41,208 nucleotides of DNA from Clostridia bacterium (lineage in GTDB: Bacteria; Bacillota; Clostridia; Oscillospirales; Feifaniaceae), in the NCBI GenBank assembly GCA_017396965.1, contig JAFQKL010000314.1, positions 1-41,208 on the forward strand, read 5' to 3'. A program made the position numbers and the translations under genes. Position 1 is the stretch's first letter, and the number at the start of each line of letters is the position of its first letter. The notes beneath the pieces were generated by a model. That model was not told where the DNA came from, did not search any database, and worked only from the letters and a program-made list of their open reading frames with translations. Positions 26,227 through 34,634 of the stretch are shown piece after piece.

Positions 26227-26291
26227 GTCGTTAAAATTGCCAAGCTCAGACGGGAAAAACCCCGTTCCCGGGCATGAGAGGAGACGCAACG

Positions 26292-26558
26292 ATGAAGTAC
26301 GAAACCATTCCGCAGGGAGTTTGCGCCAGACATCTTCAGTTTGAGATTGAGGACGGCATCATCCGTTCCGCCGCTTTTTCCGGCGGCTGCCACGGCAATC
26401 TGCAGGGGATCTGCCTGCTGATCGAAGGGATGAAGGCGGAGGAGGTTGCGGCCAAGCTCAAGGGTGTGTGCTGCGGCAGGAAGAAGACCTCCTGCCCCGA
26501 CCAGCTGGCCAAAGCCATTGAAAAGGCGCTGGCCATGGAGCCTGCCCCGGTGGGCTGA
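26292..26558 (+). CDS. TSCPD domain protein (TIGR03905-like, function unknown)
   Basis: ATG 26292 follows AGAGGAG. The motifs CARHLQFEIEDG.I....F.GGC.GNLQGI..L.EGM......KL.G..CG.K.TSCPDQLAKA match my memory of the TIGR03905 family. Confidence 0.8.
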   Translation: MKYETIPQGVCARHLQFEIEDGIIRSAAFSGGCHGNLQGICLLIEGMKAEEVAAKLKGVCCGRKKTSCPDQLAKAIEKALAMEPAPVG

Positions 26559-26594
26559 GGCAGGAGCTTCCCCGGAGTTTCAGACAAAAAACGA

Positions 26595-26631
26595 ACGGAG
26601 ACAGACCCCCCGCGGTCGGTCTCCGTTTTTT
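26595..26631. terminator. Bidirectional rho-independent terminator
   Basis: Stem ACGGAGAC (26595-26602) / GTCTCCGT (26619-26626) with a T-run downstream and an A-run upstream. It sits between convergent genes. Confidence 0.8.
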
Positions 26632-26637
26632 CTGCCG

Positions 26638-27252
26638 TCATGGTGCGTCTCCTTTCAAAGCCTGCCGCGCCAGCAGATAAGCCCCCACCATGGCGAGGGA
26701 AAAGTTGCAGCGGGTGACCCACAGCAGGACCAGCCCGGCAGTGAGGATCAGGGCAGAGGCCGCGCCGCTCACCGTCTGCAACACGGCCTCCCCCCGCTCC
26801 AGACCGAGGACGGGCAGCACCAGCGCCGCAAGCATCCGACCGCCGTCCAGTCCCGTCACCGGCATGAGGTTGAGCAGGCAGAGGGTGAGATTGCAGACGG
26901 TGAAAAAGAGGGCCCCGGGAAAGCTGCCGAACAGGGCGGCGGTCAGCAGCGTACACAGCGCCGTCAGCAGATTGCACAGCGGCCCCGCCGCGGCGACACA
27001 CAGTTCGTCGCGATAGGGGAGCAGCGCCAGCCCCGGGGCCTCGATCTCGATGCCGAAGGGATGCAGCGTCACCCCGGTCACCGGCACGCCGCAGTGCCAC
27101 AGCGCCCGCAGATGGCCCATCTCGTGCAGCATGGCCGAGAGCAGCAGCAGCGGTGCATAGATCGAGCGGTCGAGGGTGAAAAAGAGGGCGATCAACAAAA
27201 CCAGCCAGGGGCTGACCCGGAGCAGGCCGAAACGCAGGGCCAGTCCGCTCAA
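26638..27252 (-). CDS. Site-2 protease family (M50) intramembrane metalloprotease, SpoIVFB-like but lacking a CBS domain
   Basis: 204 aa. The TTG start overlaps the upstream stop (TTGA). HEMGH and NLMPVTGLDGG motifs are present, and the protein is hydrophobic throughout. Confidence 0.8.
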   Translation of the reverse strand: MSGLALRFGLLRVSPWLVLLIALFFTLDRSIYAPLLLLSAMLHEMGHLRALWHCGVPVTGVTLHPFGIEIEAPGLALLPYRDELCVAAAGPLCNLLTALCTLLTAALFGSFPGALFFTVCNLTLCLLNLMPVTGLDGGRMLAALVLPVLGLERGEAVLQTVSGAASALILTAGLVLLWVTRCNFSLAMVGAYLLARQALKGDAP

Positions 27253-28400
27253 GAGATCACCCCCAGCTGCAGGGCGGGATCGAGAAAGATGTCGCTGAGG
27301 CGCAGCTCAAGGTGGAGATGATCCCCGGTGGAGGCCCCGGTTGAACCGACCGAAGCCAGCTTGGTCGAGGGCTTGACCCGGTCGCCCTCCTTGACGAACA
27401 CGCTCTGGCAGTGGGCGTACTTGCTGGTCAGATCTCCGGCGTGGCTGACTACAACGAAGTTGCCGTAGGCGGCGTTAAAACCGACCTCGCTGACCGTTCC
27501 CGAGGCAACCGGCCGGATGGCGGTGCCGGCGGGAGCGGCGATGTCCAGCCCGTGGTGAAAGCTGCGTGTTCCGCTCAGCGGATCCTCCCGTACGCCGTAG
27601 ACCGAGGTGACGGTCCCGGTCAGCGGCAGGCTCAGCTCGTAGGGCAGGGGCTGTCGTTCGGTGGCGCAGTTTTCGGGAATGCTGTCTCCGTCCTCCTCCG
27701 GCTGTTCTGTGACGACAGCGGGAGCGGGCAGAAAGCCGGCTGGATCTTCGGTGATGAGTGCCGTTTGAAACACCGAGAGCAGCGGTTCTTTGTGGGAGAG
27801 ACGCAGCAGCGGCAGCTCATCCCCGGTAGCCCCGTCCTTCAGGCCGGCCGAAGAGGCGACGGCGGCGTCGGAACCGCCGCCGTCTGTGGTGTCCACAACC
27901 TGCTCAGGTGAGGGGAGAGGCCCGCCGGCAGATTCGTCCGCAGCCGAAGTGGTCTGTGACGCCCCCTCCTCTGCTTCACCGTGCGGGCCGCTGCCGTTCG
28001 ACTCAGCCGGCAGCGGCTCCAGCGAATAGGTCCCTTCGGACTCCTCCGCAGCAGCGCCTTCCTCCGGCAGATTCTCTTCGCCGAACACCTGCACCGCGCC
28101 CTCTTCCGAAAAGATTCGGCCCAGTACCGGCACATCCTCCATCAGTTCGGTCAGAGCCGCGTTGACCTCCTCCAGCCCCGTGGTGCGCTCCAGCGTCTCC
28201 ACCATCCCGTCGCGCACACTGCCGCCGATGCCGGACACCATCACCGCCATAGCCACGATCACAGCGGAGCTGGACAGCTGCAAAAACAGTCGCCGGTCGG
28301 CCTGATCCGCGCTCTGCCGCGCCACACGGGAGCCGTGACGGCGCGCCGCACTGCCGAACGAAACCCTCGGCCGCCGGGGCGGGCGCTTTGCGATGCGCAT
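27249..28400 (-). CDS. M23/LytM-domain peptidase with N-terminal TM anchor and low-complexity linker (SpoIVFA-like position)
   Basis: ATG 28400 lies 8 nt after GAGGAGG, which overlaps the spoIVA stop. The C-terminal domain has HHGLD (HxxxD) and GDHLHLE (HxH). The linker is rich in E/A/P/G. Confidence 0.8.
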   Translation of the reverse strand: MRIAKRPPRRPRVSFGSAARRHGSRVARQSADQADRRLFLQLSSSAVIVAMAVMVSGIGGSVRDGMVETLERTTGLEEVNAALTELMEDVPVLGRIFSEEGAVQVFGEENLPEEGAAAEESEGTYSLEPLPAESNGSGPHGEAEEGASQTTSAADESAGGPLPSPEQVVDTTDGGGSDAAVASSAGLKDGATGDELPLLRLSHKEPLLSVFQTALITEDPAGFLPAPAVVTEQPEEDGDSIPENCATERQPLPYELSLPLTGTVTSVYGVREDPLSGTRSFHHGLDIAAPAGTAIRPVASGTVSEVGFNAAYGNFVVVSHAGDLTSKYAHCQSVFVKEGDRVKPSTKLASVGSTGASTGDHLHLELRLSDIFLDPALQLGVIS

Positions 28401-28413
28401 CCCGGTCACCTCC

Positions 28414-29892
28414 TCACAGGATGATGCAGATCAGCCCGCCGCTGCCCTCGTTGATGATGCGCTGAAGCGTCTCCTGCAGCTTCTGCCGCGCCTCCTCCGG
28501 CGTGCGGTTGAGCTTGGCGACCAGACCTTCGTTGACCAGCTCGTGCAGCGATTTGCCGAAGATGTTGGACTCCCAGATCTTCTGGGGGTTCTCCTCAAAG
28601 TCGTCGAGCAGATATTTCACCAGCTCCTCTGACTGCTTCTCGCTGCCGACGATGGGGGAGACCTCGGTCTCGATGTCGGCGCGGATCATATGGATGGAGG
28701 GCGCAGATGCCTTGAGCCGCACTCCGTAGCGGCTGCCCTGCTTGACGATCTCCGGCTCCTCCAGATGCAGCTCCTCAATGCCGGGGGTGACAATGCCGTA
28801 ACCCTTGGCCGTCACCTCTTCCAGGGCCGTCGCCACCTTGTCGTAGCGCTTCTTGATCACCGAGAGGTCGCGCAGCAACGAGACCATCTGCTCCTCGCCC
28901 TCAATCTCAAAGCCGGTCTCCTCGCCCAGGACGCGGTAGAACAGCCCCTCCTCCACCAGTGCGTCGACACTGGCCGTCCCTTCGCCGAGACTCATCTCCA
29001 GCAGCGTTGCCCGCTTGAGGTTGGGGTTTTGGGCGATGCGCTCCACGGCGCCCGATACGTCGCGGATGCGCTCCACCCCGCCGAGGCTTTCGGTCATGCT
29101 CTCGTAAAGGGAGGTCTTGAGCCAATGCTCCGGCGGCAGGGTGAAGATCCAGCCCGGCAGCATGACGTTGACCTCCTTGATAGGGAATTCAAACAGCACC
29201 TTCTCCATAATGCCCTTGATATCCCCCTCGGTCAGCTCCATGCAGTTGACCGGCACCACCGGCACCTCATACCTGGCCGAAAGCTCCTCCGCCAGCGCCA
29301 GCACATGGGGGCTCTCCGGCGCACGGGAATTGAGCACCAGCACAAACGGCTTGCCCAGCTCCCGCAGCTCGCTGACCACCCGCAGCTCCCCCGGCTCGTA
29401 GGCCGAGCGGGGCAGCTCGCCGATGCTGCCGTCGGTGGTGATCACAAGACCAATGGTGGAGTGGTCGCGGATCACCTTGCGGGTGCCGATTTCGGCGGCC
29501 TGATCGAAGGGGATTTCCGCGTCGCTCCAGGGTGTGCGCACCATGCGGGGATGGTCGTTCTCGGTGCTGCCGAGCGCACCCTCCACCAGATAGCCGACAC
29601 AGTCGATGAGGCGGACGTTGAGCCGCGAATTCTCCGACAGCGAGATCTCCACCGCCTCGTTGGGCACGAATTTCGGCTCGGTGGTCATGATGGTGCGCCC
29701 GCCCGCGCTCTGCGGCAGCTCATCCACCGCCCGCTCCCGCTTGTTTTCGTTGACGATGTTGGGCAGCACCAGCGTCTCCATGAATTTTTTGATAAAGGTG
29801 GACTTCCCGGTGCGCACCGGGCCGACGACGCCGATGTAGATATCCCCGTCGGTCCGGCGGGCGATATCGTGATAGATAGAAAATTTGTCCAT
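28414..29892 (-). CDS. spoIVA: Stage IV sporulation protein A (coat morphogenetic ATPase)
   Basis: 492 aa from ATG 29892 (GGGGGTG RBS). Walker A GVVGPVRTGKSTFIKKFM, with full-length resemblance to SpoIVA. The track start at 29919 has no RBS. Confidence 0.95.
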   Translation of the reverse strand: MDKFSIYHDIARRTDGDIYIGVVGPVRTGKSTFIKKFMETLVLPNIVNENKRERAVDELPQSAGGRTIMTTEPKFVPNEAVEISLSENSRLNVRLIDCVGYLVEGALGSTENDHPRMVRTPWSDAEIPFDQAAEIGTRKVIRDHSTIGLVITTDGSIGELPRSAYEPGELRVVSELRELGKPFVLVLNSRAPESPHVLALAEELSARYEVPVVPVNCMELTEGDIKGIMEKVLFEFPIKEVNVMLPGWIFTLPPEHWLKTSLYESMTESLGGVERIRDVSGAVERIAQNPNLKRATLLEMSLGEGTASVDALVEEGLFYRVLGEETGFEIEGEEQMVSLLRDLSVIKKRYDKVATALEEVTAKGYGIVTPGIEELHLEEPEIVKQGSRYGVRLKASAPSIHMIRADIETEVSPIVGSEKQSEELVKYLLDDFEENPQKIWESNIFGKSLHELVNEGLVAKLNRTPEEARQKLQETLQRIINEGSGGLICIIL

Positions 29893-29917
29893 TGCGGCAC
29901 CCCCGTGAGTTTTGTTC

Positions 29918-29947
29918 ATGCTTATGTGGGGGTGGGAAGGATTATGA
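29918..29947 (-). promoter_or_regulatory. Possible sigmaE-type promoter for spoIVA
   Basis: On the minus strand, TCATAAT-N14-CATAAGCAT compared with the consensus TCATATT-N14-CATACAnT. The -10 match is only partial. Confidence 0.3.
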
Positions 29948-29953
29948 CGGCGG

Positions 29954-30334
29954 TCAGAGGATGTTCTCCCAGTTCATCCGCTCCGACTCGGCCAGTCCCT
30001 CCAGCAGTTCGAGCAGTTGATCGCACTCGATGAGAAACTGTATCCGATCTCCCTGATCAAGACAACTCCGGCAGCGGATCGCCGAGGAGAAGAGGGCGTC
30101 GACCTCCGTGTGACTGGTGGAGACGCTGAGGTAGAAAAGCGCGTCGTCCAGCTGGCGGCGAAGCTGCCCGATCTCAGACAACGCCGCTGCGGGATCCCCC
30201 TGCTCGGCCATTTGCCGCGCCTGCTGCACCGTCTCGGTCAGGCGGTCGGTCAGCCGGGTGCAGATGCGTTCGTTGGCGATGCAGAGCAGCGCCGTCAGCA
30301 GCAGTGCCAACAGGGCGATCAGCCAGCGCCTCAT
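29954..30334 (-). CDS. DUF4363-like small membrane-anchored protein
   Basis: 126 aa with an N-terminal signal/TM segment WLIALLALLLTALLCIA and a helical remainder. It overlaps the DUF421 gene by 4 nt, the usual DUF421-DUF4363 pairing. Confidence 0.7.
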   Translation of the reverse strand: MRRWLIALLALLLTALLCIANERICTRLTDRLTETVQQARQMAEQGDPAAALSEIGQLRRQLDDALFYLSVSTSHTEVDALFSSAIRCRSCLDQGDRIQFLIECDQLLELLEGLAESERMNWENIL

Positions 30335-31011
30335 CGGGGATGCTCCTTTCCGATGATCTCGAGAATGTTCCCGTTTCCATCTACCGTACAGTAAAAGGTG
30401 TCCTGCACCGTCATACCCTTTGCCTCCACCATCTGCCTGACATCCGCCTCCGTCAGTCCCAGCTGGCGGCAGACCCGTGCGCTGACACAGCCGTCGCTGA
30501 CCAGCAGACGCACCACGCCGAGGTCCTCCGCCTTCGCCCCCACATCCCTGCGCGTGGCCGGGGTGGCCTGCGGCTTCAAAAAGACGCTCAACTGCCCGTT
30601 GGTCTCCAGCACGGCGTAGGAGACGTCGGCCAGCCTGTTGACCTTCTGCAGCCGCAGCTCTTCGCAGAGGTCGGAGACGGTAAACCGCTGCCGCGCCATC
30701 TCCCGCTGGTCAATCCGCCCATCCTCCACCACCACACTCGGCCGCCCGGAAAGCAGGGTGCCCAGCCACGGCAGTTTGAGGGAGAGGGAGGAGAGCAGCA
30801 CCTCCATCGAGACCAGTGCCGCGATCGAGATCACGCCGTAAATCAGGGGAATGTCGTTGGACTGCATGGGTATGGCCGCCACCTCGGCGATGATGAGGGT
30901 CACCACCAGCTCGCTTGGCTGCAGCTCGCCCATCTGCCGCTTGCCCATCAGCCGCAGGGCTGCTATAATACAGAGATAGAGAATGACGGTGCGGATGAGA
31001 ATGATGCCCAC
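30331..31011 (-). CDS. DUF421 (YetF-like) membrane protein
   Basis: I prefer the GTG at 31011, 7 nt after AAGGAGG. The N-terminus IRTVILYLCIIAALRLMGKRQMGELQPSELVV is the typical DUF421 start. The track TTG start at 31110 lacks an RBS. Confidence 0.8.
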   Translation of the reverse strand: MGIILIRTVILYLCIIAALRLMGKRQMGELQPSELVVTLIIAEVAAIPMQSNDIPLIYGVISIAALVSMEVLLSSLSLKLPWLGTLLSGRPSVVVEDGRIDQREMARQRFTVSDLCEELRLQKVNRLADVSYAVLETNGQLSVFLKPQATPATRRDVGAKAEDLGVVRLLVSDGCVSARVCRQLGLTEADVRQMVEAKGMTVQDTFYCTVDGNGNILEIIGKEHPR

Positions 31012-31117
31012 GGAGAACGCCTCCTTTTGACCGGGGGATGTTTTTTCCTGTCCACCGGAAAGTATGGCGGTTTTTTCCCGGCTGATACCGAAATTCCGCT
31101 GTTTTTTCAAAAAAGAC

Positions 31118-31146
31118 TTGTAAAACCGCCGCGGTTGTGGTAAACT
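31118..31146 (+). promoter_or_regulatory. Candidate promoter for rplS (TTGTAA-N17-TAAACT, TGn extended -10)
   Basis: TTGTAA at 31118-31123 and TGgTAAACT at 31138-31146 with a 17-nt spacer. Confidence 0.5.
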
Positions 31147-31227
31147 ATTTGAGCATTATGAAAGGCGGTCCGCTGCCCGCGTTTTTGCGGAGTTATGAAC
31201 GTCTGTAAAACGAGGAGGAATCCCAAC

Positions 31228-31569
31228 ATGGATTACATCAAGATGCTGACCGAGGGTCAGATGAAGACCGACATTCCGGTTTTCAACATTGGCGACACCG
31301 TGCGTGTCTACGTCAAGGTCAAGGAGGGCAACCGTGTCCGCGCTCAGATGTTTGAGGGCACTGTCATCTCCAGAAACGGCGGCGGTCTGTCTGAGACCTT
31401 TACCGTGCGCCGTCTGTCCTACGGTGTCGGCGTGGAGCGCTGCTTCCCGCTGCACTCGCCCAACATCGAGAAGATCGAGGTCACCCGCCGCGGTAAGGTC
31501 CGCCGTGCCAAGCTGTACTATCTGCGCGGCCGCGTCGGCAAGAGAGCCAAGGTCAAGGAGAAGATCTAA
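31228..31569 (+). CDS. rplS: 50S ribosomal protein L19
   Basis: ATG 31228 follows [29 protein letters not shown] and [16 protein letters not shown] are present. Confidence 0.95.
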   Translation: MDYIKMLTEGQMKTDIPVFNIGDTVRVYVKVKEGNRVRAQMFEGTVISRNGGGLSETFTVRRLSYGVGVERCFPLHSPNIEKIEVTRRGKVRRAKLYYLRGRVGKRAKVKEKI

Positions 31570-31579
31570 CACCGAGATC

Positions 31580-31604
31580 AAGGGGGCGTCTTGCCCCCTT
31601 TTCT
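31580..31604 (+). terminator. Rho-independent terminator after rplS
   Basis: Stem AAGGGGGC / GCCCCCTT with a 5-nt loop, followed by TTCTGG. Confidence 0.65.
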
Positions 31605-31635
31605 GGTATGCTAAGCCAAAAGGGAGGGGAAGGGA

Positions 31636-32238
31636 ATGCCGGAGCATGACGGGATGCTGCCCGATGCCGCAGAGCAGGAACAGCAGACTGAGCCGGAGCA
31701 GAAGCTCCCCGGCTCCTTTGCCCTCTCGCTGATTGACTGGGTGGACAGTGCCGTCTACTCGGTGCTGATCGTCATTTTGCTGTTCAGCTTCTGTTTTCGC
31801 TATGTCGGCGTGGACGGCTCCTCGATGTACCCGACCTTGAAGGACAAGGATCAGATCCTGCTCAACTCCGCCTTCTGTCAGCCGGAGAACGGAGATATCG
31901 TTGTCTTCACCAAGCTCAGCCAGCCGCTGGTCAAGCGGATTATCGCCTCGGAGGGGCAGGTGGTGGATATTGACAAGGAAGCCGGCATTGTCTATGTCGA
32001 CGGGGTGCCGCTTTCGGAGCCCTATATCAACGAGCCGACCCGGACGCTTTCGGACGTGGACTTCCCCGTGAAGGTGCCGCCCGGCTGCTTTTTCGTGCTG
32101 GGGGACAACCGCAACGCGTCTTCCGACAGCCGCTCGTCGATTGTCGGTATGGTGGATGAACGTCACGTCATCGGCAAGGTGGTTTTTCGCCTTACGCCGC
32201 TGCCGACCTTCGGCAAGATCGAGTATTCAACCTGGTAG
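31636..32238 (+). CDS. lepB: Signal peptidase I
   Basis: N-terminal TM segment, catalytic GSSMYPTL, VKRIIA, and VLGDNRNASSDSR. Confidence 0.9.
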   Translation: MPEHDGMLPDAAEQEQQTEPEQKLPGSFALSLIDWVDSAVYSVLIVILLFSFCFRYVGVDGSSMYPTLKDKDQILLNSAFCQPENGDIVVFTKLSQPLVKRIIASEGQVVDIDKEAGIVYVDGVPLSEPYINEPTRTLSDVDFPVKVPPGCFFVLGDNRNASSDSRSSIVGMVDERHVIGKVVFRLTPLPTFGKIEYSTW

Positions 32239-32308
32239 GCAGAATGGTCTGCCGCCGCACCCCGCCGGTACCCCGGCGGGGTCTTGTGCGTCGAAAGGAG
32301 GAGGTTTT

Positions 32309-33184
32309 GTGGACAGAGAAGCCCCGTATATCCAGTGGTTCCCCGGTCATATGACCAAAACCCGGCGGATGATCGAGAGCGATCTCAAGCTGGTGGACGC
32401 CGTCGTTGAGCTGCTGGATGCCCGCACCCCCAAAAGCTCGCAGAACCCCTTGATCGAGGAGCTGACCAAAGGCAAGAAGCGGCTGGTCGTCCTCAACAAG
32501 TCAGACCTTGCCGACCCTGCTGCCAACCGTCTCTGGATGGCTCATTTCAAGGCGCAGGGGGCCGAGGTGGTGGAGCTCAATGCCGTCACAGGCAAGGGAG
32601 TTCCCTCGCTGGCCCCGGCGCTGCGCCGTCTGCTGAAAGAGAAGATCGAGCGCGATCAGGCGCGGGGGATGAACAAGCCGCTGCGCGCCATGGTACTGGG
32701 CATTCCCAACGTCGGCAAATCCTCCCTCATCAACCGGCTGGCCAAGGCATCCAAAGTCAAGGTGGCCGACCGCCCCGGCGTCACAAGGGGTAAGCAGTGG
32801 ATCCGCATGGAGGGCAATATCGACCTGCTGGACACGCCCGGTATCCTTTGGCCCAAGTTTGAAGACAGTGAGGTCTCACTCCATCTGGCCTTCACCGGCG
32901 CCATCAAGGACGACGTCATGGACGTGGAGGAGATCGCCTGCCTCCTGCTGGAGCGCCTTAGCCGGCTCAATCCCTCTGCGCTGACCGCCCGCTACAAGCT
33001 GGAACCCGATCCCGAGCAGCCCGGCTACGAGCTGCTCACCAAGCTCGGCAGAAACCGTGGCTTCCTCATCTCCGGCGGCGAGATCGACACCGAGCGCGCC
33101 GCCCGCATCCTGCTCGACGAGTTCCGCGGCGGCAAGCTGGGGCAGGTGACACTGGAGCTGCCGCCCCGGGAGGTGACTCCGTGA
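32309..33184 (+). CDS. rbgA: Ribosome biogenesis GTPase A (YlqF)
   Basis: GTG start after AAAGGAGGAGG. IQWFPGHM and the circularly permuted GTPase motifs NKSDL and GIPNVGKSSLINRL are present. Confidence 0.9.
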   Translation: MDREAPYIQWFPGHMTKTRRMIESDLKLVDAVVELLDARTPKSSQNPLIEELTKGKKRLVVLNKSDLADPAANRLWMAHFKAQGAEVVELNAVTGKGVPSLAPALRRLLKEKIERDQARGMNKPLRAMVLGIPNVGKSSLINRLAKASKVKVADRPGVTRGKQWIRMEGNIDLLDTPGILWPKFEDSEVSLHLAFTGAIKDDVMDVEEIACLLLERLSRLNPSALTARYKLEPDPEQPGYELLTKLGRNRGFLISGGEIDTERAARILLDEFRGGKLGQVTLELPPREVTP

Positions 33185-34236
33185 CACAGCAGGGTTCCGT
33201 GAAGCCGCCCAGCATCTATGATTTCGACAAGGGCCTTCGTCACAATTACGGCCCGCTGCTCTGCGGGGTCGACGAGGCGGGACGCGGCCCTCTGGCCGGC
33301 CCGGTGTCGGTGGCGGCGGTAATCCTGCCGGAAGACGCCCGCTTTGAAGGGTTGGACGATTCCAAGAAACTCACCGAAGCCACCAGAGAGCGGCTGTACG
33401 GCGAGATCACCAAAACCGCCCTCGCCTGGTCGGTGGTGATGATTGATGAGAAGACCATTGACGAGATCAATATCCTCGAAGCGACGATGGAGGGGATGAA
33501 GCAGGCGGTGAGCGCCTTAAGCTGTTGTCCCAACCACATCCTCATTGACGGCAACCGCCGTCCGCGCTTTGAGCCGTTCATCCGTTCCGACATCCTCCCC
33601 AAAGCCGATGCCCGTTCCGCCTCGGTGGCGGCGGCTTCGGTGCTGGCCAAGGTGTCGAGAGACCGTCTGATGGTGCGGCTGGCGGAGGAGTTTCCCGAGT
33701 ACGGCTTTGAAAAGCACAAGGGCTATCCCACCAAGCAGCATTATCAGGCGCTGGAGACGTTCGGCGCTTCCCCCATCCACCGCCAGACCTTTTTGCAACG
33801 CTGGCGGGAACGGATGACGGCAGAGCATCAGCCAACCTACCAGATGCAGGTCGGCCGGCTGGGGGAACAGGCGGTCGGGGAGTATCTTACGGCACAGGGT
33901 TACACGGTGCTGCAGTACAACTACCGCTGTCGGGAGGGGGAAATCGACCTTGTGGCCAGAGACCCCGAAGGAGTGCTGGCTTTTGTCGAGGTAAAGGCGC
34001 GAAGAGGGATGTCCCCCCGCTTCGGGCGCCCGGCGAATGCGGTCAACTACGGCAAGCGCCAGCGGCTGATTCGCGCCGCACTGCACTATCTCTACGAAAA
34101 CGGCAACGCGCCGCACCGCTTTGATGTCGCAGAAGTCTATCTCACCAAGGGGGACAGCGGCCTGCGTGTGCTGTCCATCGAGTATCTCAAGAATTTGTTC
34201 GGTTACGACTATCGGACGGGGAAACCCACCTGGTGA
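33181..34236 (+). CDS. rnhB: Ribonuclease HII fused to a YraN-family (UPF0102) endonuclease domain
   Basis: The GTG start overlaps the rbgA stop (GTGA). The N-terminal part has GVDEAGRGPLAGPV, DSKKL and SPIHRQTF. After about 20 linker residues come GRLGEQAVGEYLTAQGYTVL...GEIDLVA...FVEVKAR, the YraN signature. It is one uninterrupted 351-aa frame. Confidence 0.85.
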   Translation: MTQQGSVKPPSIYDFDKGLRHNYGPLLCGVDEAGRGPLAGPVSVAAVILPEDARFEGLDDSKKLTEATRERLYGEITKTALAWSVVMIDEKTIDEINILEATMEGMKQAVSALSCCPNHILIDGNRRPRFEPFIRSDILPKADARSASVAAASVLAKVSRDRLMVRLAEEFPEYGFEKHKGYPTKQHYQALETFGASPIHRQTFLQRWRERMTAEHQPTYQMQVGRLGEQAVGEYLTAQGYTVLQYNYRCREGEIDLVARDPEGVLAFVEVKARRGMSPRFGRPANAVNYGKRQRLIRAALHYLYENGNAPHRFDVAEVYLTKGDSGLRVLSIEYLKNLFGYDYRTGKPTW

Positions 34237-34255
34237 CGGGAAAGGAGCGGACGGT

Positions 34256-34591
34256 ATGGCAAAGCTCGAGATGCTTCTCGACGGGGATTTTGATGCCCTG
34301 CTTCGGAAAATTGAGACTGGCGTGATGAACGGCAGCTTCACGGCCGAGCTGGAGGACGCAAGCGATTTTTCGTGTGGAGCATCCCGATGCAGCGTCCGTG
34401 TCTTTGAACGGTTCAGCTACAGTGGCGGGAATCGCGTCAGCATGAATGTGACGCTGTTTGGCAGGGAGGACGGCAGAATTCAGCTCTCTGCCATTACGGC
34501 CGGTGGCAGTCAGGGTGTGTTTTTCAAGCTCAACACCTTGGGGGAGGAGAGCTTCCTCGACACACTGCGCGAGGTGCTGGCCCGGCCTTGA
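34256..34591 (+). CDS. Small conserved hypothetical protein (DUF6054-like, tentative)
   Basis: ATG 34256 follows AAAGGAG. The 111-aa product has GGNRVSMNVTLF....G.I.LSAITAGGSQGVFFK.NT.GEE.FL, which resembles a family I recall as DUF6054. Confidence 0.55.
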   Translation: MAKLEMLLDGDFDALLRKIETGVMNGSFTAELEDASDFSCGASRCSVRVFERFSYSGGNRVSMNVTLFGREDGRIQLSAITAGGSQGVFFKLNTLGEESFLDTLREVLARP

Positions 34592-34634
34592 TTTCGATTT
34601 CATCTTACAATAACAAACACAGGAGGGACCGATC

